Shown: positions 50,196 to 63,207, counted from the whole stretch's first letter. The stretch: 63,237 nucleotides of DNA, filler included, from Octopus bimaculoides (GCF_001194135.2; 6 parts of 5 records of this genome joined end to end with filler, not necessarily neighbours in it); one strand, 5' to 3'. Notes: generated from the letters alone by a model not told the origin. Numbers and translations are program-made.

Positions 50196-51619
50196 ACACA
50201 GATATATATTTATATGCATTAGAGACACCGGTTATTTTTTATTAAAGCTATTCACTGGCCTGTTTCTGATAGTCAAGTGATGCCAATTTGTTTTTCATTT
50301 ACATTATCAAAACATAAATAGGAAAGTTTCAAGTTAATACAGAATTTTAAGCTCCCTCAACATTATGCAATGTCTTATATAGCTAGAATAGCAGTCATAG
50401 GCCTATAGTGTAAGAACTGATCATAATTTCTTTTTAAAACATGTTGACTTCACCTACGTCACTAATGTATTTTTAAAATGTATAAATAAATAATGCAGCT
50501 AACTACTCCTCGCACAATTTGTTTGATAATCATGCTTATAATGACTGTCGAGAAAGAATTCTGATATTAATTTGATCTAATATTCTCAAAGAAAAAGTGT
50601 GTTAATTGTTCATTAAATAAATTATCACTTGCAAAGGAAAAGTTTAACAGTGCATACAACTTGTTTATAAAATATAAACAGCCATAATTCATAACAAATA
50701 GTTTGAGAAATTGTTTACTTGCCCTTAAGATATTTACTTCAATTCGGGGAAGAATCCTATAAACAAATTCTCAAAAGAGATCAAATAATAATGTAGAGTT
50801 TGTTAATAAAATTAACTGAAGTTATTTAATATTTCATTGTTCTTTAATTGAAATCAATTGATTGCCAAGAAATTAACTTTGTATTCTCCTGTTTCTTCTT
50901 ATTCAATAAAACAGAGGGGAACAAAGAAAGAGGGATAGAATAGGAGAGCTACATTTATAACATAAAATGGCTCGGAGATATTTTATTGAAACTTATTCAA
51001 ACTATTCTTTCATAACATATGCTTGTATAAATCGAATAGCTGAGCAATGGTCAGTGTTGTATACGAGGTAAGCAGTGTTGTATACGAGGTAAGCAGAAGC
51101 CCTTTCTGCTGTAACTGCAGTGAATAGATGACAGACATCTCTTAAGACGAGAAACATGACTCTATGGTAGGACTTCTATTCAGTATTTATGCAATGTGCA
51201 GTAGTTTTCCTATGTACGTCTTGTGATGGTATATAAAGAATCAGAAATGTCTATGGGCATGCAACAATGCTGAAGGTTCAACGTAACAATGTTGAAGGTT
51301 CGACCTTCAATTCTTACAATTATTCTAACAAAGAACTCATTGTGTGATCAATAAATTTGTTAGAAATAACATCCATATTCTGGGACATCTGCCTTAAGGC
51401 AGACACATTTGATAATGTAGTCCAAGATTAAATGAATTTAAAAAATGGCGATCGTTAGTAATTCCACATCCTCCGTTTTGCTGGGGATAATAAGGCAACA
51501 TTTTAAATTTAAATTATCAATTCCAAATGCTACCTTTAATGTAAATTATATTCAATTAAAATACAAACTGGCTGAAAAAAATTAGAATCTTGCTTTCATA
51601 TTTTATCTCTTAATTTTTT

Positions 51620-51830
51620 TTTTCAGTCGTAAGACTGCGGCCATGCTGGGGTACCGCCTTCAAAAATTTTTAGTTGAATGAATAAACTCCAGGATTTTTT
51701 TTACCTGGTACTTATTTTATTGGTTCCTTTTGCCGAACCAGTAAGTTACGGGGATGTAAACACATTAACACCGGTTATCAAACGGTGGTGGGGACAAACA
51801 CAGACACAAAGACACAAACACGCACACTCG
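51620..51830 (-). mobile_element. SINE family B, 3' part
   Basis: GACTGCGGCCATGCTGGGGTACCGCC...TTTGCCGAACCAGTAAGTTACGGGGATGTAAAC. Confidence 0.8.
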
Positions 51831-52474
51831 CACATACATACATACACACATCTTTTCTCTACCCATCCCTTAATGCAGCTCTATCATATCACCCCTACTC
51901 ACATATCTCACACTTATTCACTCCTAACCTTCTCATCTCTTCCTATCTCTCCCCACTTTTCTCCCATCCTCCCCTCACATTATCTTGACCACCAACTAAC
52001 ACTCCTGTTCTCCTTTCACTCTTCACTTTTCTTTCACATTTTTTCTCTCTCTTTTTTCTTTCTCTTTTCTCTCTCTTTCTTCCTCTCATTTTCTCTTCCT
52101 TCTTTTCATTTTGACCCATCTCCTCATTCTAATCATACACATCTCCCCCCTCCTATCTATCCTCAAATACTACCAATACATTCTCAAATTTTCATTCACA
52201 CCACAAGACCCTTTTGGATGAGCAACACAATCCACGGCTCCATACTTTGTACGACTGAGCATGAACTACTATTGGAACTTACGTGCCATGTACAGGAAAC
52301 TTTTTTACTTCTATACACCAATTTCCTCAAATAATGGAACTGCAACTACAATATTTTTATATTTTATATTTTATTTCTAGTTTCATTCTTTCATTTCCCT
52401 CTATATTCCCAATCTCCTTTTTCATAATAATTCCTTATTTCGAACTCAAATATTTACCTCTATTTCACCATCTC

Positions 52475-52532
52475 ATATCCTCTCCGATAAAGAGAAGTCC
52501 ATAATACCTCAGAAACAGCTGTAAGACTATAT
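52475..52532 (+). ncRNA. Decayed hammerhead ribozyme
   Basis: Core CCGAUAA (two transitions from CUGAUGA), GAG/CUC stem II, intact GAAACAGCUGUA, stem I AUAUCCUCU/AGACUAUAU. Confidence 0.4.
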
Positions 52533-52598
52533 CTATATCTTTTTCCTTATAAGTGTACTGAAAACTACTCACACCCTTGGTTTTGTTATCTCATTTTG

Positions 52599-52640
<42 letters not shown>

Positions 52641-53210
52641 GTGCGATGTGTAAATTGTCGCCATTTTATACTTTAGATTTCGTGCATGTGCACTGTTTGT
52701 TTTTGATTTTGTCGACTACACAATATAATAGAGTCAGTTGGGCACCGTCTGNNNNNNNNNNNNNNNNNNNNNNNNNNNNNNNNNNNNNNNNNNNNNNNNN
52801 NNNNNNNNNNNNNNNNNNNNNNNNNNNNNNNNNNNNNNNNNNNNNNNNNNNNNNNNNNNNNNNNNNNNNNNNNNNNNNNNNNNNNNNNNNNNNNNNNNNN
52901 NNNNNNNNNNNNNNNNNNNNNNNNNNNNNNNNNNNNNNNNNNNNNNNNNNNNNNNNNNNNNNNNNNNNNNNNNNNNNNNNNNNNNNNNNNNNNNNNNNNN
53001 NNNNNNNNNNNNNNNNNNNNNNNNNNNNNNNNNNNNNNNNNNNNNNNNNNNNNNNNNNNNNNNNNNNNNNNNNNNNNNNNNNNNNNNNNNNNNNNNNNNN
53101 NNNNNNNNNNNNNNNNNNNNNNNNNNNNNNNNNNNNNNNNNNNNNNNNNNNNNNNNNNNNNNNNNNNNNNNNNNNNNNNNNNNNNNNNNNNNNNNNNNNN
53201 NNNNNNNNNN

Positions 53211-53243
<33 letters not shown>

Positions 53244-53955
53244 GCGTTATCATGGAACTATATTTCCACTTCAGCTTAGGTTTTCTAGTGGACTGTTTTG
53301 ACGGTCCTATAATTCCATAATTTATTTAGCTTTTTACCGTATGAATTTCTATTCCATACGAGACGTTTCTCGAGATATAAACACTCTTTTTATTTTGACT
53401 AGATAAGCTCGATTCCGTTTATAATAACGGCCAGATAATTTTTTTGCTTCAACGGTGTTCAATTTTCAATCATTATGAGCTGCTATATTATCAACTGTGT
53501 TATCTGTGGTCGAATATGCAAATTTTACAATATTCTTTTTTAATATACTGTTATGCCCATATGAAAGAGCAAAATATTTACTGGGATATTAGTGGTGAAC
53601 TGGATACCAAATAAAGCATTGCACAAGTTAACATGTCTATTACGTGCTCCTCGTTGTCTAGTATTAATTTGATATGTCAGTATCCTTATATCTATAACTT
53701 TGTTTATTTTCACTTATGATGTCGTGAAGAGAAATACACCTAACTTCAAGATTGGAATCCTCCTCTTATCGTTCATATATTTATTACTAGAATTCATAGG
53801 CTACCCATTCACTCTTAATTTCCGATTAATTTCAGTTCTGTTCTCTAAGGTTACACAACTGTATGCTCTCTTCCTTTATTTAGAATATCATTATTGTTAC
53901 TATGCAATCCAACTACATCTCTCTTTCTCCACTAATATTCATCTTATTATCTAAC

Positions 53956-54160
53956 CTATTATCGTATTTCTTAGCACATTTCTGTTGTTACTGTAGTGAT
54001 TATTTTCAGTAATCTGTGTACGTAATCCACGTTTCATAGCTGCTTTTTCAATATCCACTTCCAAAAGATGTTGAATTTTTTCGGTATAATCAACCCTAGT
54101 GAAAGCTGACTTATAATATCTCTTCATTTGCCGAAAGTCTAGAGACTCTAATTCAGCCAT
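53956..54160 (-). CDS. Candidate first coding exon of an unidentified protein
   Basis: Acceptor TTTATCCTTTTCAG before 54284, upstream in-frame stop, ATG in GGCTATGG context, 68 open codons (MAELESLDFRQMKRYYKSAFTRVDYTEKIQHLLEVDIEKAAMKRGLRTQ...), possible donor AG|GTTAGA. No homolog recognised. Confidence 0.35.
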
Positions 54161-55190
54161 AGCCACTGTTGGTTACACGAAAACAATTCAAAATATTCCT
54201 GAAGTGGATATTAAGAAAGCATCCATCATCCATACATGAATAAGAAACACGTAATTTAATGTTTGTCGTTCATGTAATCTCTCTCTGAAAAGGATAAATA
54301 TATATTAAGCCTCAGCTTGGACTGGGTTTCGAACCGACTAGTTTCATTTGTCATTAAAGACTCATCAAGAACTGACTGTTTCTGTTTCTTAAGTTACCGA
54401 AAGTAACGACGTATGGTGCTACTTAAAGAAAATGTGGAGAAGATTACGATTAGCACAATCCAATACACATAACGATATGCTTGACGGCTGGAAATTAATA
54501 GAATAGCAAAACAGTGTGGTTTATACACGTGTACGAAATTCTATTTACATGTTTAGTAAACACACACGCACACCATTGTGAACATAAAACACATGGTTAT
54601 AAAACAGTGTTTTTGACAACAAGGAACATTGATCAAAGCGTTTAGTTTAGTCTCATCAAAAAAGCCTTATCAGCAGTGTTCCAAACTGATGAAGTTTAGA
54701 GCTACTCACCAGAAATATAATACCTAATTAGAGGACATACATTGGATTAATCTCGAGTAGATTTACCTGCATTAGTAATTGTAGATCATAATATTAATCC
54801 ACGAAATCCAGTATTGTTACTGTTCACTGCGTAGAAATAGGGCATAGGTAGACCAACGTTTCAGTTAGGAAACTAGTAGTCTATCTACTCGAGTCAGCTC
54901 GCATACATACATGCTCACTTTCATTTGTGCAAGCATATATCCATGTATACATACATACTTGCATAGACACACATGCATTGATATGTATATATTTATACAG
55001 ACACACACACACACATACACATATACGCACATACACATATTCATGTCGCATATATAAGACATTAGCTAGCACAAATTTCACACATATCTACTTATATGTA
55101 TTTCTAAGTAATAATTGGATTCATGTATATATTTACAAAATTATGATATACGATAAGTCCACGTAAATATTACGCAGGTTGGTAGGTTTT

Positions 55191-55225
55191 TATTATTATT
55201 ATTGTTGTTGTTGTTGTTGTTGTTG

Positions 55226-55305
<80 letters not shown>
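55191..55305. repeat. (ATT/GTT)n compound microsatellite
   Basis: Trinucleotide run. Confidence 0.95.
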
Positions 55306-55306
<1 letters not shown>

Positions 55307-55861
55307 TCTATTTCTCTTCAGATAACCTCTTCTCAGTAATATAATTTCCCACTGGATTAACTTGTTATCGTCTTATTTAAGCTAACTTGTTCCTTTCTAA
55401 TCAATCTTGTTCTATGGCAAACGATAATGTGTCGTTCTACAGTATTTTATCAACCTGTTCAGCCATGTAGCGATAAAATCTAGTGTAGTTATTTTTAGTA
55501 ATGACATTGTTTGCAGAAGTAATGGTGGTGGTGGGGCTGGTGGTGAGGACAGCGGAAGGTGCAGTATTGATAGAGTGTCAATAATGATAGTAGTGGTAGA
55601 TATGTTGGTAATAATGACAATGTAGTGGAATTTATGATGGTAGTGATCCAAGGCATGTATAGTTATAGGTGTACTTTCAGTCAGTTATTTTTCATGGACT
55701 CTGTGCTCCAGTACAACGGAAGAAATGACGTTTAGAGGAATTCTTATTTGATACAACACCAGTCACAATACTAATAGGTTCCTCTCTCTCCATCTCTCTC
55801 TTCTCTCTCTTTCTTTCTCTATGTATATGTGTATATGCGCATGTGTAGCGAGAAGGGGTGT

Positions 55862-55905
<44 letters not shown>

Positions 55906-55951
55906 ACTCGAACGTCATCACGTATATATATATATATATATATATATATAT

Positions 55952-56051
55952 NNNNNNNNNNNNNNNNNNNNNNNNNNNNNNNNNNNNNNNNNNNNTTAAT
56001 TAATTAANNNNNNNNNNNNNNNNNNNNNNNNNNNNNNNNNNNNNNNNNNNN
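55952..56051. other. Artificial scaffold-joining pad
   Basis: 44 N + TTAATTAATTAA (55996-56007) + 44 N. Confidence 0.95.
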
Positions 56052-56337
56052 CTTTATCTACCCTGGTACTATCAACTCGGATAGCTGGTCCCTCTATTTA
56101 TATATGACAATTATCAACACTGAATATCTCCACCAGGTATAACTCCTTCGACTAACACCGCCGGTCAACTAGTCATTTTCCCCACTTACTACTCCATTCT
56201 TCTAATTGAAGAAATGTACATACATGTGGAACCCAAAAAATCACTAAAATGTAATCCTAAAGACTTAAAAAACTTTTTCCTTTTTCTTTTGCCTTTTCCT
56301 TTTATTTCCTTTTTGTTCTTATTTATATTCCTTTAAA

Positions 56338-56418
56338 TCATTCTGATGATGTTTGTTAAATGGAACGAGATAAATGCAAATTTACTTTGATTTGATAAAT
56401 AGAAACGGCTGTAAATGG
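56338..56418 (+). ncRNA. Type-I minimal hammerhead ribozyme, intact core
   Basis: UCAUU-CUGAUGA(56343-56349)-12-bp stem II UGUUUGUUAAAU/AUUUGAUAAAUA (3 GU)-GAA-ACGGCUGU-A-AAUGG. GUA triplet; predicted cut 3' of 56413. Confidence 0.8.
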
Positions 56419-56709
56419 TTCTGAACTACAATTAAACTATGACCTTTTAATACCAATGATCAACTTCTCATTGTTTATTATTCCTCTATTTCTTTTCCAT
56501 ATATATATNNNNNNNNNNNNNNNNNNNNNNNNNNNNNNNNNNNNNNNNNNNNNNNNNNNNNNNNNNNNNNNNNNNNNNNNNNNNNNNNNNNNNNNNNNNN
56601 NNNNNNNNNNNNNNNNNNNNNNNNNNNNNNNNNNNNNNNNNNNNNNNNNNNNNNNNNNNNNNNNNNNNNNNNNNNNNNNNNNNNNNNNNNNNNNNNNNNN
56701 NNNNNNNNN

Positions 56710-56745
<36 letters not shown>

Positions 56746-56849
56746 GATTATATTATATTACACCGTTCCATGAAGGTAAGATCAACAAAATAAAGTACTC
56801 TATCTGGTGAAGCACCATCTGAACGTGATCGAGCCAGGCTCGCCTGACT

Positions 56850-57195
56850 AGCTCCCAGGTGTGGAAGCAAGGTCTAGAACTAAAGGGCCTTGGAGTGAAT
56901 CTAGCAAAAACCAAGTCTTAGTAAGAAGGAAGGCAGACAAATCACAAATCCCTTCAGGTAGATGGCCCTGCTTGTCTATGATATACATTGTATATACTAT
57001 TTCCTTGAGAGATCACATCTGAAACGAGCAGATCAGAGAAAGAACTGGAGTAAAGGATGTTATTGCCGAATACTGTCTGAATTAAATCAGATGGGCCAGA
57101 CATGGTGCACTGATAATCAGTGGACCTGGGTAGTTGTCGAGTGGTACCTGTGTGAGCACAAACGACCACTTGAAAGGCCCTCACACAGATAGATT
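56850..57195 (+). mobile_element. RTE-type LINE fragments (two pieces)
   Basis: QVWKQGLELKGLGVNLAKT...QIPSGRWPC at about 56850-56970; TDNQWTWVVVEWYLCEHKRPLERP at about 57020-57195, typical of RTE ORF ends. Confidence 0.55.
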
Positions 57196-57977
57196 GATGA
57201 TTGTTTAACATTTGCTTTCCATGCTGGCATGGGTTAGATAGTTTGACATTTGTGTGTCTGTTTTTCCATGCTAGCAATGATTTGATGGGGAATGCATGTG
57301 AGGTAAGATTTGTGAGGCTGGATGCCCTTGCTGCAACTAATCATTATCGTTTTTCAAGGAAATTTTAATTGCAGAGGAATTTAAAAGTGTAGAGCTAGTG
57401 GACAAGTTAATAACAGGAAATGTCAACAAATGTCACTGGTTGCTGTTCAGTTACAAATGGCGATATCACCACCTATAGTATAACTCAACGCAGATTAGAT
57501 ACTCACACACACAATGGGCTTACAAGGCATTAGTTGACTTAGTGGAAGATACTTGCCCAAAGTGCTGTGCAATTGGATTGAACTTGTGGCTAACTTAGCA
57601 AATACAGCTAACTTATTGAATGTTCAAACTTGCCTGCTCTTAGTCTATATATGTGTATACATGTGTGTGTGTGTGTGTACAATATTCATCTGACTTTCTG
57701 GCAACAAATTGTGAATTCAGAGGCATATGTATGTGTAAGACCAAAAAAAGAAAAAAAAATGGAGAGAGAGATGGGAAGGGTCTGGTGGAATGGTAAGACC
57801 TAATTACGTTGGCAACTGATGTATCTATAAAGATTGCAGGCAAGTCTCCAACTGTTCCTTATAAACTCTAATAGAATTAGAAGTGAAGAGTCCTGCCAAC
57901 ATTATAGTTTAGAACATTTTCAAATGTAATGCGACCACTACTATCAGCTATTGAAAGCAACAAAGATGCTTATACAT

Positions 57978-58760
57978 CAGTGGTTCTCAACCTTATTTTT
58001 TTTTTTTTGTTACCCCATCCATCCTTTATACCATGTTTCAAAATCTTATTCTCTCCTTTTTAAGATTGTGAGAGTCAAAAAGTTGCATTTAAATAATATG
58101 CATTTTTTTCTCTTTTGCTAACAACTTTCCGATGCACATGCTACCAGTTGAAAGCTCTGCATACTGGTTGCTAGCAAGCTTATGGGATCAATGTGTGCTG
58201 TTTTAGGGCTTTCTTCTTGAAAATCTATTTTTTGGGTGGGTATTAATACAAATAGGAGAACAAAAGAGTAACTTTTCTTTAAATGAACCTGCCTGACTAT
58301 ATTTAGCAGTCTTTGGCAACCGGCTATATGACACAGCACTTGGTTCATCATTTGAATTGAAAACAAGTTACATAATGTATACTAAATCAACTTCTTTCAT
58401 GTCAATGGCTATGTATTTGATTGTCTTTTAAATAGTTCTGTTTAATAGCGAAATAACTGCAAAGTTTCTCTCCAATTCATTTCCCAACACACCACTAAAT
58501 ACACAATCAAAGAATTCCCAATTGTATGCAGTTTTTTTGGTTTGCTGTCTCCACTGCTACAACTTCAATTACCTTTTGGTTCATTTATTGGAATGCCCTT
58601 GTTAAATCCAATTTCATCATTTTGAGAGCATTCCCATGATGTTCATTTACCTTTTGTCCTTGTGTTGAAGATGAACATTCTGTGAATGGTGCTTTAATTT
58701 TGTTGGTTTTGTAGAAACTTTTGACAAAACTTTACTGCAAATGACTAATTGTTAACTTAC
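57978..58760 (-). mobile_element. hAT/Charlie-type transposon remnant
   Basis: Charlie-type terminus CAGTGGTTCTCAACC at 57978; very decayed transposase N-terminal-like sequence on the minus strand. The second TIR was not found. Confidence 0.4.
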
Positions 58761-59834
58761 TTCTATGATGACAATAACAGGAATTCATATTGAAGATTTG
58801 AATAACTGTATCCTCTTTTTTAATATTGACGATAGAGTGAAAATGTGGATTAATAAGAAAAAAAATGAATGGGTCATAAAAAGATGGGACGATCAGTGCT
58901 GGATAACCTTTGATTAGGTTGGACCAGGGCTAAATAACAACTGCTAACTGTATAGCTATTTATTAAAGTTTCTATGTTCCGAAGACAGAATTGAGTCAAG
59001 TTAATGTTTGCTGTGTATTCTTGTATTCTTTAATTCTTTTATTGGTTTCAATCCTTGGACTTCAGCCATTCTGGCACTTATCACCTTTAGTGATTTTAGT
59101 TGATTACATCAATTTTGCAACCTTCTCCCATACTTTGTTGGGCATTTTTTCTGTCAATTTCTGTTTAGCAAAAGTCTTAAGTTCATTTTGATGTGATCAT
59201 TGATATGGTTTCTTCTGAAAAGATTTACACAGCAGATATTTTTGGGTTAGTCACAAACAGATTGAGTTCAATTGGATTAAGGTATAGCACTGATGACCAA
59301 CTCCTGGTGTGAGTTGTTTGAAATCTGTTGCTGGTATTTTGTAGTTTCATTTGCACCAATGTGTAATAGTGATTTGAAAATTTATCTGTTAAGTAGAATA
59401 TCTAACTCTGAGATCTAGTTGCTTGAGAGAATAACTTGCTACCAGATCTGACTGTTACATAAAAAAGCTAGCTCTCAAAATACTTGGTAATCTAGTAGAA
59501 TCGCTAGCTACCTGGACAACTGGTTGTTTGGTATAATAGTTATTGACCAGATAGCCCTTCTCCTTTAATTTCCTTTCTTTTACAGGTGTTTGCTCAGAAT
59601 TGTTCCTTTCACACTGGCCATTTTCCTGACATTCACCCACCTTTCAGCAAACTTGTTAGAAGGCAACACTTCCCTCTCCACCCTCACTTTCCTTCTCAAG
59701 TAATACTTGAAAAAGTTGATGAGGGTTTGGCCAAATAGGAAAATAATAATGATAATCCCCTCTACTATAATAATAATCCTTTCTACTTAGATTTTTTTTA
59801 CAAGAGGTGGGGCTAGTTAGTTACATTGGTCTTA

Positions 59835-59960
59835 ATGCTTAACTGGTATCTTATTTCATTGATCTCGATAGGATGAAAGGCAAAGTTAACCTCAGCAGAA
59901 TTTGAACTCAGAACATATAAAAGCATTTTGTCCAGCATGATGACAATTCTATCAGCTCAC
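59835..59960 (-). mobile_element. SINE family A, degenerate
   Basis: AACTGGTATCTTATTTCATTGATCTCGATAGGATGAAAGGCAAAGTTAACCTCAGCAGAATTTGAACTCAGAAC. Confidence 0.7.
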
Positions 59961-60495
59961 TACCTTCTTAATAATAATAATAATTGCAACAGTCACCGAG
60001 AATGTAATAAGATAGTCACATTCTAATTCAGGTATCACTTTACTGCTTCTCCTAACCATTCTTCTTTTAATCTTCAACTTTAACATCAAAACAATACTAA
60101 TAACTAATCTAAGTGGACGAGAAAACGAAATATAACAAAGAACTACATTTCAACCAATCAGAATATTTGCTTTATTCTAACCTGTATGAACATTTAATTT
60201 CTAGTTTGACAGTTCTTGAGTGTATGTTATTGTTTGTGTTGCTGTTGTTATTGTGTTTGTTTGTGTGTGTGTTTGTGTGTGTGTTTGTGCATGTGTTTTC
60301 TTCAAATCTAAATAAGTTTGTCAACTCTCTCTCCAAACTTCACAGTCTGTTGTTTGGTCTGATGCAATGGATAACAGAAGTGACAGCTGGCTCTGAAACG
60401 ATGGTTGTTGATGGTGGGTCACTTTGTTTGGAAGTAGAACTCGTGATCATGTGTCTTGTCTTAGCTTAGCTTTTGTGTACTTCATTTGCTTCTAG

Positions 60496-60573
60496 CGAGT
60501 TTCCACCCTTCGTAGAAACCCAAGAATATGATGAAGATGAAGACATTTACAGTAACCTTAAAGAGATGGCATT
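60496..60573 (+). CDS. vav: Internal exon of a Vav-family Rho GEF (start of the acidic region after the CH domain)
   Basis: Acceptor TTCATTTGCTTCTAG, donor TT|GTAAGT, 78 nt, phase 2-2. Peptide EFPPFVETQEYDEDEDIYSNLKEMA resembles the Vav PFP.....DEDIY..L segment. Confidence 0.7.
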
Positions 60574-60893
60574 GTAAGTATTTTTTGAACCTTCAGACAA
60601 TCTTGCAATGACTTTATAAATTTCTATATTCTATTTGGGAAGGGGAGTTGAACCTTGAACCTACCTTTTAAATTTGTATTCTGTATGTATTTACATGCTT
60701 TTATATATGCCTTATGCATGTATATATATATATATATATATAAGTCAGTAAATAGTGGGGTTGTGTTAACCGCACGTGGAGAAATAATAGGAAAATGGAG
60801 AATAAGGCAGAATGCTAAACTGGAAGCATATTTTAATAAAGATTTCTAACCGGCTTTCAATGCGAAGCAAATTTTCAAGAAGGAGAATGAAAA

Positions 60894-60929
60894 TGTAAGG
60901 GGAGACAAATGTTTTTGTCTCCCCTTACA
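60894..60929. repeat. Perfect 16-bp inverted repeat with 4-nt loop
   Basis: TGTAAGGGGAGACAAA-TGTT-TTTGTCTCCCCTTACA. Confidence 0.8.
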
Positions 60930-61159
60930 CACACTTCCTGTTTTGACACCACACTTCCTGCTTACCACAAACCTTTAGCTCCTATTTTAAACATAACACA
61001 ACTCTCAATTTTCATGCATCCTTATTTTTCCAACCATTATATACACGGATTACCATTGAACTTCAAAAGCTCAAAGACAATATAATGTATTGGTATAGTT
61101 ATTTTTTTATATATTATTTTTCTTTATATATTATTTTCTTCATTTTGTACTTCTTTGTA

Positions 61160-61259
61160 NNNNNNNNNNNNNNNNNNNNNNNNNNNNNNNNNNNNNNNNN
61201 NNNTTAATTAATTAANNNNNNNNNNNNNNNNNNNNNNNNNNNNNNNNNNNNNNNNNNNN
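61160..61259. other. Artificial scaffold-joining pad
   Basis: 44 N + TTAATTAATTAA (61204-61215) + 44 N. Confidence 0.95.

Positions 61260-61343
<84 letters not shown>
61260..61343. repeat. (CT)n microsatellite
   Basis: Pure dinucleotide run. Confidence 0.95.
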
Positions 61344-61347
<4 letters not shown>

Positions 61348-62975
61348 CGTATGGCAAAGCAAAATGTCTTAATTTCACTTTAAGCTGACATACCTCGCCT
61401 ATTCTAAGATATTTCCCGTTTAAACAGCTGCCATTTTAAGTAGTACTTTTCAAGTATTGCACTTTTAAGTACAGTGTGAGGGAGATGCTCGTCTAATTTA
61501 TTAATACTTTAGAATTCAAGTGGCCGAGTAAAACTAAGTCTTGTGGACGACGCCTTTATGGAGTTTCTATTTCAAAATATCGTATTAATACAGAGGGTGA
61601 AAGAACTTTTGAGTAAAGTTTCGCTAAAACTCTAAAGAGGATTATATTGCGTTAATTTGCTTTTTTTTTTTCAAAATTTTTATTACAATTCTTTATTCTG
61701 TAGTTATCTTAAGTTTCATAATAATTATTCGATATTTAATCGTCCAGATTATCGTCTATTACAAAATGGTAACATTGTAATATTTCCAAGCCTCGAAACA
61801 TTATTATTCTTGGTTGCCCGGAAATGCAAAGAGCTTTGATACACATTTTAGGATGTCATTGCTCATTATTTATTAAGAAACAAATTTATCTTACTTACGT
61901 GAAGGCGTCTCTGTGAGAATGCCACCTCCTCTGATTCTCCCTGTCTCCCACTCTCTGCTATATATTTGCCTCTCTCCGTCTCTATTTCTGTCTGTCTGTA
62001 ACACTCTCTCTCTATTTCCAACTTTCTCTCCCCTTCTCTCTTCCGATATATATATGTATATANNNNNNNNNNNNNNNNNNNNNNNNNNNNNNNNNNNNNN
62101 NNNNNNNNNNNNNNNNNNNNNNNNNNNNNNNNNNNNNNNNNNNNNNNNNNNNNNNNNNNNNNNNNNNNNNNNNNNNNNNNNNNNNNNNNNNNNNNNNNNN
62201 NNNNNNNNNNNNNNNNNNNNNNNNNNNNNNNNNNNNNNNNNNNNNNNNNNNNNNNNNNNNNNNNNNNNNNNNNNNNNNNNNNNNNNNNNNNNNNNNNNNN
62301 NNNNNNNNNNNNNNNNNNNNNNNNNNNNNNNNNNNNNNNNNNNNNNNNNNNNNNNNNNNNNNNNNNNNNNNNNNNNNNNNNNNNNNNNNNNNNNNNNNNN
62401 NNNNNNNNNNNNNNNNNNNNNNNNNNNNNNNNNNNNNNNNNNNNNNNNNNNNNNNNNNNNNNNNNNNNNNNNNNNNNNNNNNNNNNNNNNNNNNNNNNNN
62501 NNNNNNNNNNNNNNNNNNNNNNNNNNNNNNNNNNNNNNNNNNNNNNNNNNNNNNNNNNNNNNNNNNNNNNNNNNNNNNNNNNATATATATATATATAAAT
62601 ATATGTGGTTTATATATTTATATAAATACACACACACGCAACCACTTACACACACACTTTTATAGCGACACACACACTTTTATAGTGAAACTTTTTCGAA
62701 AGTAAGATAAATTGGAATCTGAATATATAAATGTGAAAGAATTTATAAGTTTGAGAAGATTGTGTATGGATGTCATACATACATTCATACATATGTACAT
62801 GCATGCTTGATATAATTATGAATATACATATATTAGATATGTATATGTTTCTATACGCAACAAATACGTTCGCACACACGTATGTATATTTATATGGAAG
62901 TAGTTTTTGTAAATGTATTGTATATATACGCGTGGATATTTCAAGCTTGCACTTCGTTTCGGATTTGTGCTGTTC

Positions 62976-63025
<50 letters not shown>

Positions 63026-63207
63026 TATGGAAATATGTATATGCACACACATGCATAGGTATACATATATGCATATATATACATACATATATATATAAGC
63101 AATGTTAATTCTCTAAATGAAGTATTAACAGTAACTGCACGATAAAGTGTAGTATATTGCCACTTAAGTGTGGCTGACCCCTAGGGGTGGGTGTTACTGT
63201 TGCTTTT

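Noticed and set aside
51050-51095. 21-bp direct repeat CAGTGTTGTATACGAGGTAAG x2
   Set aside because: Only two adjacent copies with no spacer; a simple slippage duplication, not CRISPR-like.
51678-52334. 218-aa ORF
   Set aside because: Composed of SINE sequence and a C/T low-complexity tract; composition is not protein-like.
59586-59740. Strong acceptor TTTCCTTTCTTTTACAG as the preceding Vav exon
   Set aside because: The downstream sequence does not resemble the Vav CH-domain end and no donor lies at a suitable distance.
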